From the NCBI RefSeq assembly GCF_009914755.1, contig NC_060928.1: a DNA stretch of 64,000 nt; one strand, 5' to 3'. A program made the position numbers and the translations under genes. The notes beneath the pieces are model-generated. The model was given only the letters and a program-made list of their open reading frames with translations, was not told the DNA's origin and made no database searches. Positions 38,701 through 53,000 of this stretch are shown in pieces. Source of the DNA: the human T2T-CHM13v2.0 reference genome, Homo sapiens. How positions within the stretch are numbered: position 1 is the stretch's first letter; the number at the start of each line of letters is the position of its first letter.

Positions 38701-39705
38701 TGATGTTTGCATTCAAGTCACAGAATTGAACATTCCCTTTCATAGTGCAGGTTTGAAACACTCTTTCTGTAGTATCTGGAAGTGGACATTTCAAGCGCTT
38801 TCAGGCCTACGGGGAGAAAGGAAATATCTTCAAATAAAAACTAGACAGAAGGATTCTCAGAAACTTATTTGTGATGTGTGTCCTAAACGAACACAGTTGA
38901 ACCTTTGTTTTGATACAGCATTTTGGAAACACTCCTTTTGTAGGATCTGCAGGTGGATATTTGGATAGATTTTAAGATTTCGTTGGAAACGGGAGTTTCT
39001 TCATAGAAACTCAAGACAGATGCATTCTCAGAAACATCTCTGTGATGTTTGCATTCCACTCATAGAGTTGAAAACTTCCTTTCATAGAGCAGGTTTGAAA
39101 CACTCTTTTTGTAATATTTGGAAGTGGACATTTGCAGCACTTTGAGGCCTATGGTGAAAAAGGAAATATCTTCTCATAAAAACCAGAAACAAGCATTCTC
39201 AGAAACTTCTTTTTGATGTGTGTACTCAAGTAACAGAGTTGAACCTTCCTTTTGACACAGCAGTTTTGAAACAATCTTTTTGTAGAATCTGCAAGTGGAT
39301 ATTTGGATAGCTTTGAGGATTTCGTTGGAAACGGGATATCTTCATATAAAATCTAGACAGAAGCATTCTCAGAAACTTCTTTGTGCTGTATGTCCTCAAT
39401 TAACAGAGTTGAACCATTGCTTGGATACAGCATTTTGGAAACATTCCTTGAGTAGAATCTGCAAGTTGATATTTAGATAGATTTGAAGATTTCGTTGGAA
39501 AAGGGAATATCTCCATATAAAATCTAGAGGGAAGCATTCTCAGAAACTGCTTTGTGATGTTTCCATTCAAGTCACAGAGTTGAATATTCCCTTTTATAGA
39601 GCACGTTTGAAACACTCTTTCTGCACTATCTGGAAGTGGACATTTCGAGCGCTTTGAGGCCTATGGTGAAAAAGGAAATATCTTCCCATAAAAACTAGAC
39701 AGAAG
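35795..39705 (+). repeat. 23-mer HOR variant (3911 bp)
   Basis: Spacing 35821 to 39732; extra block 36982-37660. Confidence 0.95.
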
Positions 39706-42700
39706 CATTCTCAGAAACTTGTTTGTGATGTGTGTATTCAACTAACAGAGTTGAACTTTTGTTTTTACAGAGCCGTTTTAAAACACTCTTTTTGTGGAAT
39801 CAGAAAGTGGATATTCGGATGGCTCTGAGGATTTCGTTGGAAGCGGGATTACATATAAAATCTAGAGAGAAGCATTCTCAGGAACTTCTTTGTGATGTTT
39901 GCATTGAAGTCACAGAATTGAACATTCACTTTGATAGAGCAGGTTTGAAACACTCATTCTGTAGTATCTGGAAGTGGACATTTCAATCGCTTTCAGGCCT
40001 ATGGTGAGAAAGGAAATATCTTCGAATAAAAACTAGACAGAAGCATCCTCAGAAACTTATTTGTGATGTGTGTCCTCAACTAACAGAGTTGAAACTTTGT
40101 TTTGATACAGCATTTTGGAAACACTCTTTTTGTAGAATCTGCAGGTGGATATTTGGATAGCTTAGAGGGATTCGTTGGAAAGGGGATATCTTCATATAAA
40201 ATCTAGACAGAAGCATTCTCAGAAACTTATTTGTGATGTGTGTCCTCAACTAACAGAGTTGAACCTTGGTTTTGATACAGCATTTTGGAAACGCTCCTTT
40301 TGTAGAATCTGCAGGTGGATATGTGGATAGCTCTGAAGATTTCGTTGGAAACGGGAATTTCTTCATATAAAATCAAACAGAAGCATTCTCAGAAACTTCT
40401 CAGTGATGTTTGCATTCAGCTCATGGAGTTGAACACTTCCTTTCATAGAGCCGGTTTGAAACACTCTTTCTGCACTACCTGGAAGAGGACATTTCGAGCG
40501 CTTTGAGTCCTATGGTGAAAAAGGAAATATCTTCTCATAAAAACCAGAAAGAAGCATTCTCAGAAACTTCTTTGTGTTGTGTGTACTCATGTAACAGTGT
40601 TGAACCATCCTTTTGACAGAGCAGTTTTGAAACACTCTTTTTGTAGAATCTGCAAGTGGATATTTTGATAGCTTTGAGGATTTCGTTGGAAACGGGATGA
40701 CATATAATATCTAGAGAGAAGCATTCTCAGGAACTTCTTTGTGATGTTTGCATTCAAGTCACAGAATTGAACATTCCCTTTCATAGAGCAGGTTTGAAAC
40801 ACTCTTTCTCTAGTATCTGGAAGTGGGCATTTCAAGCGCTTTCAGGCCTATGGAGAGAAAGGAAATACCTTCAAATAAAAACTAGACAGAAGCATTCTCA
40901 GAAACTTATTTGTGATGTGTGTCCTCAACTAACAGAGTTGAACCTTGGTTTTGATACAGCATATTGGAAACGCTCCTTTTGTAGAATCTGCAGCTGGATA
41001 TTTGGATAACTTTGAAGATTTCATTGGAAACCGGAATATCTTCATATAAAATCAAGACAGAAGCATTCTCGGAAACATCTCTGTGATGTTTGCATTCAAC
41101 TCAGTAGAGTTGAACACTTCCTTTCATAGAGCCGGTTTGAAACACTCTTTCTGCACTACCTGGAAGCGGACATTTCGAGCGCTTTGAGGCCTATGGTGAA
41201 AAAGGAAATATCTTCTCATAAAAACCAGAAAGAAGCATTCTCAGAAACTTCTTTGTGTTGTGTGTACTCAAGTAACAGTGTTGAACCTTCCTTTTGACAC
41301 AGCAGTTTTGAAACACTCTTTTGGTAGAATCTGCAAGTGGATATTTGGATAGCTTTGAGGATTTAGTTGGAAACGGGTTATCTTCATATAAAATCCAGAC
41401 AGGAGCATTCTCAGAAACTTCTTTGTGCTGCATGTCCTCAATTCACAGAGCTGAACCTTTGTTTGGATACAGCATTTTGGAAACATTCCTTTAGTAGAAT
41501 CTGCAAGTTGATATTTAGATAGCTTTGAAGATTTCGTTGGAAACGGGAATATCTTCATAGAAAATCTAGACGGAAGCATTCTCAGAAACTGCTTTGTGAT
41601 GTTTGCATTCAAGTCACAGAGTTGAATATTCCCTTTTATAGAGTAGGTTTGAAACACTCTTTTGGCACTACCTGGAAGTGGATATTTCGAGCTCTTTGAG
41701 GCCTATGGTTAAAAGGAAATATCTTCCCATAAAAACTAGACAGAAGCCGTCTCAGAAACTTGTTTGTGATGTGTGTATTCAACTAACAGAGTTGAACATT
41801 TCTGTTACAGAGCAATTTTAAAACACTCTTTTTGTGGAATCTGAAAGTGGATAATTGGATAGCTTTGTGGATTTCGTTGGAAACGGGATGACGTATAACA
41901 TCTAGAGAGAAGCATTCTCAGGAACTTCTTTCTGATGTTTGCATTCAAGTCACAGAATTGAACATTCCTTTTCATAGTGCAGGTTTGAAACACTCTTTCT
42001 GTAGTATCTGGAAGTGGACATTTCAAGCGCTTTCAGGCCTACGGGGAGAAAGGAAATATCTTCAAATAAAAACTAGACAGAAGGATTCTCAGAAACTTAT
42101 TTGTGATGTGTGTCCTAAACGAACACAGTTGAACCTTTGTTTTGATACAGCATTTTGGAAACACTCCTTTTGTAGGATCTGCAGGTGGATATTTGGATAG
42201 ATTTTAAGATTTCGTTGGAAACGGGAGTTTCTTCATAGAAACTCAAGACAGATGCATTCTCAGAAACATCTCTGTGATGTTTGCATTCCACTCATAGAGT
42301 TGAAAACTTCCTTTCATAGAGCAGGTTTGAAACACTCTTTTTGTAATATTTGGAAGTGGACATTTGCAGCACTTTGAGGCCTATGGTGAAAAAGGAAATA
42401 TCTTCTCATAAAAACCAGAAACAAGCATTCTCAGAAACTTCTTTTTGATGTGTGTACTCAAGTAACAGAGTTGAACCTTCCTTTTGACACAGCAGTTTTG
42501 AAACAATCTTTTTGTAGAATCTGCAAGTGGATATTTGGATAGCTTTGAGGATTTCGTTGGAAACGGGATATCTTCATATAAAATCTAGACAGAAGCATTC
42601 TCAGAAACTTCTTTGTGCTGTATGCCCTCAATTAACAGAGTTGAACCATTGCTTGGATACAGCATTTTGGAAACATTCCTTGAGTAGAATCTGCAAGTTG

Positions 42701-42937
42701 ATATTTAGATAGATTTGAAGATTTCATTGGAAAAGGGAATATCTCCATATAAAATCTAGAGGGAAGCATTCTCAGAAACTGCTTTGTGATGTTTCCATTC
42801 AAGTCACAGAGTTGAATATTCCCTTTTATAGAGCACGTTTGAAACACTCTTTCTGCACTATCTGGAAGTGGACATTTCGAGCGCTTTGAGGCCTATGGTG
42901 AAAAAGGAAATATCTTCCCATAAAAACTAGACAGAAG
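39706..42937 (+). repeat. 19-mer HOR (3232 bp) with hybrid m4/m8 monomer
   Basis: Spacing 39732 to 42964; m8 carries CCTTGGTT and AAACGCTCC. Confidence 0.93.
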
Positions 42938-45900
42938 CATTCTCAGAAACTTGTTTGTGATGTGTGTATTCAACTAACAGAGTTGAACTTTTGTTTTTAC
43001 AGAGCCGTTTTAAAACACTCTTTTTGTGGAATCAGAAAGTGGATATTCGGATGGCTCTGAGGATTTCGTTGGAAGCGGGATTACATATAAAATCTAGAGA
43101 GAAGCATTCTCAGGAACTTCTTTGTGATGTTTGCATTGAAGTCACAGAATTGAACATTCACTTTGATAGAGCAGGTTTGAAACACTCATTCTGTAGTATC
43201 TGGAAGTGGACATTTCAAGCGCTTTCAGGCCTATGGTGAGAAAGGAAATATCTTCGAATAAAAACTAGACAGAAGCATCCTCAGAAACTTATTTGTGATG
43301 TGTGTCCTCAACTAACAGAGTTGAAACTTTGTTTTGATACAGCATTTTGGAAACACTCTTTTTGTAGAATCTGCAGGTGGATATTTGGATAGCTTAGAGG
43401 GATTCGTTGGAAAGGGGATATCTTCATATAAAATCTAGACAGAAGCATTCTCAGAAACTTATTTGTGATGTGTGTCCTCAACTAACAGAGTTGAACCTTG
43501 GTTTTGATACAGCATTTTGGAAACGCTCCTTTTGTAGAATCTGCAGGTGGATATGTGGATAGCTCTGAAGATTTCGTTGGAAACGGGAATTTCTTCATAT
43601 AAAATCAAACAGAAGCATTCTCAGAAACTTCTCAGTGATGTTTGCATTCAGCTCATGGAGTTGAACACTTCCTTTCATAGAACCGGTTTGAAACACTCTT
43701 TCTGCACTACCTGGAAGAGGACATTTCGAGCGCTTTGAGTCCTATGGTGAAAAAGGAAATATCTTCTCATAAAAACCAGAAAGAAGCATTCTCAGAAACT
43801 TCTTTGTGTTGTGTGTACTCATGTAACAGTGTTGAACCATCCTTTTGACAGAGCAGTTTTGAAACACTCTTTTTGTAGAATCTGCAAGTGGATATTTGGA
43901 TAGCTTTGAGGATTTCGTTGGAAACGGGATGACATATAATATCTAGAGAGAAGCATTCTCAGGAACTTCTTTGTGATGTTTGCATTCAAGTCACAGAATT
44001 GAACATTCCCTTTCATAGAGCAGGTTTGAAACACTCTTTCTCTAGTATCTGGAAGTGGGCATTTCAAGCGCTTTCAGGCCTATGGAGAGAAAGGAAATAC
44101 CTTCAAATAAAAACTAGACAGAAGCATTCTCAGAAACTTATTTGTGATGTGTGTCCTCAACTAACAGAGTTGAACCTTGGTTTTGATACAGCATTTTGGA
44201 AACGCTCCTTTTGTAGAATCTGCAGGTGGATATTTGGATAACTTTGAAGATTTCATTGGAAACCGGAATATCTTCATATAAAATCAAGACAGAAGCATTC
44301 TCGGAAACATCTCTGTGATGTTTGCATTCAACTCAGTAGAGTTGAACACTTCCTTTCATAGAGCCGGTTTGAAACACTCTTTCTGCACTACCTGGAAGCG
44401 GACATTTCGAGCGCTTTGAGGCCTATGGTGAAAAAGGAATTATCTTCTCATAAAAACCAGAAAGAAGCATTCTCAGAAACTTCTTTGTGTTGTGTGTACT
44501 CAAGTAACAGTGTTGAACCTTCCTTTTGACACAGCAGTTTTGAAACACTCTTTTGGTAGAATCTGCAAGTGGATATTTGGATAGCTTTGAGGATTTCGTT
44601 GGAAACGGGTTATCTTCATATAAAATCCAGACAGGAGCATTCTCAGAAACTTCTTTGTGCTGCATGTCCTCAATTCACAGAGCTGAACCTTTGTTTGGAT
44701 ACAGCATTTTGGAAACATTCCTTTAGTAGAATCTGCAAGTTGATATTTAGATAGCTTTGAAGATTTCGTTGGAAACGGGAATATCTTCATAGAAAATCTA
44801 GACGGAAGCATTCTCAGAAACTGCTTTGTGATGTTTGCATTCAAGTCACAGAGTTGAATATTCCCTTTTATAGAGTAGGTTTGAAACACTCTTTCGGCAC
44901 TACCTGGAAGTGGATATTTCGAGCTCTTTGAGGCCTATGGTTAAAAGGAAATATCTTCCCATAAAAACTAGACAGAAGCCGTCTCAGAAACTTGTTTGTG
45001 ATGTGTGTATTCAACTAACAGAGTTGAACATTTCTGTTACAGAGCAATTTTAAAACACTCTTTTTGTGGAATCTGAAAGTGGATAATTGGATAGCTTTGT
45101 GGATTTCGTTGGAAACGGGATGACATATAAAATCTAGAGAGAAGCATTCTCAGGAACTTCTTTCTGATGTTTGCATTCAAGTCACAGAATTGAACATTCC
45201 TTTTCATAGTGCAGGTTTGAAACACTCTTTCTGTAGTATCTGGAAGTGGACATTTCAAGCGCTTTCAGGCCTACGGGGAGAAAGGAAATATCTTCAAATA
45301 AAAACTAGACAGAAGGATTCTCAGAAACTTATTTGTGATGTGTGTCCTAAACGAACACAGTTGAACCTTTGTGTTGATACAGCATTTTGGAAACACTCCT
45401 TTTGTAGGATCTGCAGGTGGATATTTGGATAGATTTTAAGATTTCGTTGGAAACGGGAGTTTCTTCATAGAAACTCAAGACAGATGCATTCTCAGAAACA
45501 TCTCTGTGATGTTTGCATTCCACTCATAGAGTTGAAAACTTCCTTTCATAGAGCAGGTTTGAAACACTCTTTTTGTAATATTTGGAAGTGGACATTTGCA
45601 GCACTTTGAGGCCTATGGTGAAAAAGGAAATATCTTCTCATAAAAACCAGAAACAAGCATTCTCAGAAACTTCTTTTTGATGTGTGTACTCAAGTAACAG
45701 AGTTGAACCTTCCTTTTGACACAGCAGTTTTGAAACAATCTTTTTGTAGAATCTGCAAGTGGATATTTGGATAGCTTTGAGGATTTCGTTGGAAACGGGA
45801 TATCTTCATATAAAATCTAGACAGAAGCATTCTCAGAAACTTCTTTGTGCTGTATGCCCTCAATTAACAGAGTTGAACCATTGGATACAGCATTTTGGAA

Positions 45901-46165
45901 ACATTCCTTGAGTAGAATCTGCAAGTTGATATTTAGATAGATTTGAAGATTTCATTGGAAAAGGGAATATCTCCATATAAAATCTAGAGGGAAGCATTCT
46001 CAGAAACTGCTTTGTGATGTTTCCATTCAAGTCACAGAGTTGAATATTCCCTTTTATAGAGCACGTTTGAAACACTCTTTCTGCACTATCTGGAAGTGGA
46101 CATTTCGAGCGCTTTGAGGCCTATGGTGAAAAAGGAAATATCTTCCCATAAAAACTAGACAGAAG
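42938..46165 (+). repeat. 19-mer HOR (3228 bp) with hybrid m4/m8 monomer
   Basis: Spacing 42964 to 46192. Confidence 0.93.
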
Positions 46166-49100
46166 CATTCTCAGAAACTTGTTTGTGATGTGTGTATTCA
46201 ACTAACAGAGTTGAACTTTTGTTTTTACAGAGCCGTTTTAAAACACTCTTTTTGTGGAATCAGAAAGTGGATATTCGGATGGCTCTGAGGATTTCGTTGG
46301 AAGCGGGATTACATATAAAATCTAGAGAGAAGCATTCTCAGGAACTTCTTTGTGATGTTTGCATTGAAGTCACAGAATTGAACATTCACTTTGATAGAGC
46401 AGGTTTGAAACACTCATTCTGTAGTATCTGGAACTGGACATTTCAAGCGCTTTCAGGCCTATGGTGAGAAAGGAAATATCTTCGAATAAAAACTAGACAG
46501 AAGCATCCTCAGAAACTTATTTGTGATGTGTGTCCTCAACTAACAGAGTTGAAACTTTGTTTTGATACAGCATTTTGGAAACACTCTTTTTGTAGAATCT
46601 GCAGGTGGATATTTGGATAGCTTAGAGGGATTCGTTGGAAAGGGGATATCTTCATATAAAATCTAGACAGAAGCATTCTCAGAAACTTATTTGTGATGTG
46701 TGTCCTCAACTAACAGAGTTGAACCTTGGTTTTGATACAGCATTTTGGAAACACTCCTTTTGTAGAATCTGCAGGTGGAAATGTGGATAGCTCTGAAGAT
46801 TTCGTTGGAAACGGGAATTTCTTCATATAAAATCAAACAGAAGCATTCTCAGAAACTTCTCAGTGATGTTTGCATTCAGCTCATGGAGTTGAACACTTCC
46901 TTTCATAGAACCGGTTTGAAACACTCTTTCTGCACTACCTGGAAGAGGACATTTCGAGCGCTTTGAGTCCTATGGTGAAAAAGGAAATATCTTCTCATAA
47001 AAACCAGAAAGAAGCATTCTCAGAAACTTCTTTGTGTTGTGTGTACTCATGTAACAGTGTTGAACCATCCTGTTGACAGAGCAGTTTTGAAACACTCTTT
47101 TTGTAGAATCTGCAAGTGGATATTTGGATAGCTTTGAGGATTTCGTTGGAAACGGGATGACATATAATATCTAGAGAGAAGCATTCTCAGGAACTTCTTT
47201 GTGATGTTTGCATTCAAGTCACAGAATTGAACATTCCCTTTCATAGAGCAGGTTTGAAACACTCTTTCTCTAGTATCTGGAAGTGGGCATTTCAAGCGCT
47301 TTCAGGCCCATGGAGAGAAAGGAAATACCTTCAAATAAAAACTAGACAGAAGCATTCTCAGAAACTTATTTGTGATGTGTGTCCTCAACTAACAGAGTTG
47401 AACCTTGGTTTTGATACAGCATTTTGGAAACGCTCCTTTTGTAGAATCTGCAGGTGGATATGTGGATAGCTCTGAAGATTTCGTTGGAAACGGGAATTTC
47501 TTCATATAAAATCAAACAGAAGCATTCTCAGAAACTTCTCAGTGATGTTTGCATTCAGCTCATGGAGTTGAACACTTCCTTTCATAGAACCGGTTTGAAA
47601 CACTCTTTCTGCACTACCTGGAAGAGGACATTTCGAGCGCTTTGAGTCCTATGGTGAAAAAGGAAATATCTTCTCATAAAAACCAGAAAGAAGCATTCTC
47701 AGAAACTTCTTTGTGTTGTGTGTACTCATGTAACAGTGTTGAACCATCCTTTTGACAGAGCAGTTTTGAAACACTCTTTTTGTAGAATCTGCAAGTGGAT
47801 ATTTGGATAGCTTTGAGGATTTCGTTGGAAACGGGATGACATATAATATCTAGAGAGAAGCATTCTCAGGAACTTCTTTGTGATGTTTGCATTCAAGTCA
47901 CAGAATTGAACATTCCCTTTCATAGAGCAGGTTTGAAACACTCTTTCTCTAGTATCTGGAAGTGGGCATTTCAAGCGCTTTCAGGCCTATGGAGAGAAAG
48001 GAAATACCTTCAAATAAAAACTAGACAGAAGCATTCTCAGAAACTTATTTGTGATGTGTGTCCTCAACTAACAGAGTTGAACCTTTGTTTTGATACAGCA
48101 TTTTGGAAACACTCCTTTTGTAGAATCTGCAGGTGGATATTTGGATAACTTTGAAGATTTCATTGGAAACCGGAATATCTTCATATAAAATCAAGACAGA
48201 AGCATTCTCGGAAACATCTCTGTGATGTTTGCATTCAACTCAGTAGAGTTGAACACTTCCTTTCATAGAGCCGGTTTGAAACACTCTTTCTGCACTACCT
48301 GGAAGCGGACATTTCGAGCGCTTTGAGGCCTATGGTGAAAAAGGAAATATCTTCTCATAAAAACCAGAAAGAAGCATTCTCAGAAACTTCTTTGTGTTGT
48401 GTGTACTCAAGTAACAGTGTTGAACCTTCCTTTTGACACAGCAGTTTTGAAACACTCTTTTGGTAGAATCTGCAAGTGGATATTTGGATAGCTTTGAGGA
48501 TTTCGTTGGAAACGGGTTATCTTCATATAAAATCCAGACAGGAGCATTCTCAGAAACTTCTTTGTGCTGCATGTCCTCAATTCACAGAGCTGAACCTTTG
48601 TTTGGATACAGCATTTTGGAAACATTCCTTTAGTAGAATCTGCAAGTTGATATTTAGATAGCTTTGAAGATTTCGTTGGAAACGGGAATATCTTCATAGA
48701 AAATCTAGACGGAAGCATTCTCAGAAACTGCTTTGTGATGTTTGCATTCAAGTCACAGAGTTGAATATTCCCTTTTATAGAGTAGGTTTGAAACACTCTT
48801 TCGGCACTACCTGGAAGTGCATATTTCGAGCTCTTTGAGGCCTATGGTTAAAAGGAAATATCTTCCCATAAAAACTAGACAGAAGCCGTCTCAGAAACTT
48901 GTTTGTGATGTGTGTATTCAACTAACAGAGTTGAACATTTCTGTTACAGAGCAATTTTAAAACACTCTTTTTGTGGAATCTGAAAGTGGATAATTGGATA
49001 GCTTTGTGGATTTCGTTGGAAACGGGATGACGTATAAAATCTAGAGAGAAGCATTCTCAGGAACTTCTTTGTGATGTTTGCATTCAAGTCACAGAATTGA

Positions 49101-50076
49101 ACATTCCCTTTCATAGAGCAGGTTTGAAACACTCTTTCTCTAGTATCTGGAAGTGGGCATTTCAAGCGCTTTCAGGCCTATGGAGAGAAAGGAAATACCT
49201 TCAAATAAAAACTAGACAGAAGCATTCTCAGAAACTTATTTGTGATGTGTGTCCTCAACTAACAGAGTTGAACTTTTGTTTTGATACAGCATTTTGGAAA
49301 CACTCCTTTTGTAGGATCTGCAGGTGGATATTTGGATAGATTTTAAGATTTCGTTGGAAACGGGAGTTTCTTCATAGAAACTCAAGACAGATGCATTCTC
49401 AGAAACATCTCTGTGATGTTTGCATTCCACTCATAGATTTGAAAACTTCCTTTCATAGAGCAGGTATGAAACACTCTTTTTGTAATATTTGGAAGTGGAC
49501 ATTTGCAGCGCTTTGAGGCCTATGGTGAAAAAGGAAATATCTTCTCATAAAAACCAGAAACAAGCATTCTCAGAAACTTCTTTTTGATGTGTGTACTCAA
49601 GTAACAGAGTTGAACCTTCCTTTTGACACAGCAGTTTTGAAACAATCTTTTTGTAGAATCTGCAAGTGGATATTTGGATAGCTTTGAGGATTTCGTTGGA
49701 AACGGGATATCTTCATATAAAATCTAGACAGAAGCATTCTCAGAAACTTCTTTGTGCTGTATGTCCTCAATTAACAGAGTTGAACCATTGCTTGGATACA
49801 GCATTTTGGAAACATTCCTTGAGTAGAATCTGCAAGTTGATATTTAGATAGATTTGAAGATTTCGTTGGAAAAGGGAATATCTCCATATAAAATCTAGAG
49901 GGAAGCATTCTCAGAAACTGCTTTGTGATGTTTCCATTCAAGTCACAGAGTTGAATATTCCCTTTTATAGAGCACGTTTGAAACACTCTTTCTGCACTAT
50001 CTGGAAGTGGACATTTCGAGCGCTTTGAGGCCTATGGTGAAAAAGGAAATATCTTCCCATAAAAACTAGACAGAAG
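46166..50076 (+). repeat. 23-mer HOR variant (3911 bp)
   Basis: Spacing 46192 to 50103; extra block 47353-48031. Confidence 0.95.
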
Positions 50077-53000
50077 CATTCTCAGAAACTTGTTTGTGAT
50101 GTGTGTATTCAACTAACAGAGTTGAACTTTTGTTTTTACAGAGCCGTTTTAAAACACTCTTTTTGTGGAATCAGAAAGTGGATATTCGGATGGCTCTGAG
50201 GATTTCGTTGGAAGCGGGATTACATATAAAATCTAGAGAGAAGCATTCTCAGGAACTTCTTTGTGATGTTTGCATTGAAGTCACAGAATTGAACATTCAC
50301 TTTGATAGAGCAGGTTTGAAACACTCATTCTGTAGTATCTGGAAGTGGACATTTCAAGCGCTTTCAGGCCTATGGTGAGAAAGGAAATATCTTCGAATAA
50401 AAACTAGACAGAAGCATCCTCAGAAACTTATTTGTGATGTGTGTCCTCAACTAACAGAGTTGAAACTTTGTTTTGATACAGCATTTTGGAAACACTCTTT
50501 TTGTAGAATCTGCAGGTGGATATTTGGATAGCTTAGAGGGATTCGTTGGAAAGGGGATATCTTCATATAAAATCTAGACAGAAGCATTCTCAGAAACTTA
50601 TTTGTGATGTGTGTCCTCAACTAACAGAGTTGAACCTTGGTTTTGATACAGCATTTTGGAAACACTCCTTTTGTAGAATCTGCAGGTGGATATGTGGATA
50701 GCTCTGAAGATTTCGTTGGAAACGGGAATTTCTTCATATAAAATCAAACAGAAGCATTCTCAGAAACTTCTCAGTGATGTTTGCATTCAGCTCATGGAGT
50801 TGAACACTTCCTTTCATAGAGCCGGTTTGAAACACTCTTTCTGCACTACCTGGAAGAGGACATTTCGAGCGCTTTGAGTCCTATGGTGAAAAAGGAAATA
50901 TCTTCTCATAAAAACCAGAAAGAAGCATTCTCAGAAACTACTTTGTGTTGTGTGTACTCATGTAACAGTGTTGAACCATCCTTTTGACAGAGCAGTTTTG
51001 AAACACTCTTTTTGTAGAATCTGCAAGTGGATATTTGGATAGCTTTGAGGATTTCGTTGGAAACGGGATGACATATAATATCTAGAGAGAAGCATTCTCA
51101 GGAACTTCTTTGTGATGTTTGCATTCAAGTCACAGAATTGAACATTCCCTTTCATAGAGCAGGTTTGAAACACTCTTTCTCTAGTATCTGGAAGTGGGCA
51201 TTTCAAGCGCTTTCAGGCCTATGGAGAGAAAGGAAATACCTTCAAATAAAAACTAGACAGAAGCATTCTCAGAAACTTATTTGTGATGTGTGTCCTCAAC
51301 TAACAGAGTTGAACCTTGGTTTTCATACAGCATTTTGGAAACGCTCCTTTTGTAGAATCTGCAGGTGGATATGTGGATAGCTCTGAAGATTTCGTTGGAA
51401 ACGGGAATTTCTTCATATAAAATCAAACAGAAGCATTCTCAGAAACTTCTCAGTGATGTTTGCATTCAGCTCATGGAGTTGAACACTTCCTTTCATAGAA
51501 CCGGTTTGAAACACTCTTTCTGCACTACCTGGAAGAGGACATTTCGAGCGCTTTGAGTCCTATGGTGAAAAAGGAAATATCTTCTCATAAAAACCAGAAA
51601 GAAGCATTCTCAGAAACTTCTTTGTGTTGTGTGTACTCATGTAACAGTGTTGAACCACCCTTTTGACAGAGCAGTTTTGAAACACTCTTTTTGTAGAATC
51701 TGCAAGTGGATATTTGGATAGCTTTGAGGATTTCGTTGGAAACGGGATGACATATAATATCTAGAGAGAAGCATTCTCAGGAACTTCTTTGTGATGTTTG
51801 CATTCAAGTCACAGAATTGAACATTCCCTTTCATAGAGCAGGTTTGAAACACTCTTTCTCTAGTATCTGGAAGTGGGCATTTCAAGCGCTTTCAGGCCTA
51901 TGGAGAGAAAGGAAATACCTTCAAATAAAAACTAGACAGAAGCATTCTCAGAAACTTATTTGTGATGTGTGTCCTCAACTAACAGAGTTGAACCTTTGTT
52001 TTGATACAGCATTTTGGAAACACTCCTTTTGTAGAATCTGCAGGTGGATATTTGGATAACTTTGAAGATTTCATTGGAAACCGGAATATCTTCATATAAA
52101 ATCAAGACAGAAGCATTCTCGGAAACATCTCTGTGATGTTTGCATTCAACTCAGTAGAGTTGAACACTTCCTTTCATAGAGCAGGTTTGAAACACTCTTT
52201 CTGCACTACCTGGAAGCGGACATTTCGAGCGCTTTGAGGCCTATGGTGAAAAAGGAAATATCTTCTCATAAAAACCAGAAAGAAGCATTCTCAGAAACTT
52301 CTTTGTGTTGTGTGTACTCAAGTAACAGTGTTGAACCTTCCTTTTGACACAGCAGTTTTGAAACACTCTTTTGGTAGAATCTGCAAGTGGATATTTGGAT
52401 AGCTTTGAGGATTTCGTTGGAAACGGGTTATCTTCATATAAAATCCAGACAGGAGCATTCTCAGAAACTTCTTTGTGCTGCATGTCCTCAATTCACAGAG
52501 CTGAACCTTTGTTTGGATACAGCATTTTGGAAACATTCCTTTAGTAGAATCTGCAAGTTGATATTTAGATAGCTTTGAAGATTTCGTTGGAAACGGGAAT
52601 ATCTTCATAGAAAATCTAGACGGAAGCATTCTCAGAAACTGCTTTGTGATGTTTGCATTCAAGTCACAGAGTTGAATATTCCCTTTTATAGAGTAGGTTT
52701 GAAACACTCTTTCGGCACTACCTGGAAGTGGATATTTCGAGCTCTTTGAGGCCTATGGTTAAAAGGAAATATCTTCCCATAAAAACTAGACAGAAGCCGT
52801 CTCAGAAACTTGTTTGTGATGTGTGTATTCAACTAACAGAGTTGAACATTTCTGTTACAGAGCAATTTTAAAACACTCTTTTTGTGGAATCTGAAAGTGG
52901 ATAATTGGATAGCTTTGTGGATTTCGTTGGAAACGGGATGACATATAAAATCTAGAGAGAAGCATTCTCAGGAACTTCTTTCTGATGTTTGCATTCAAGT

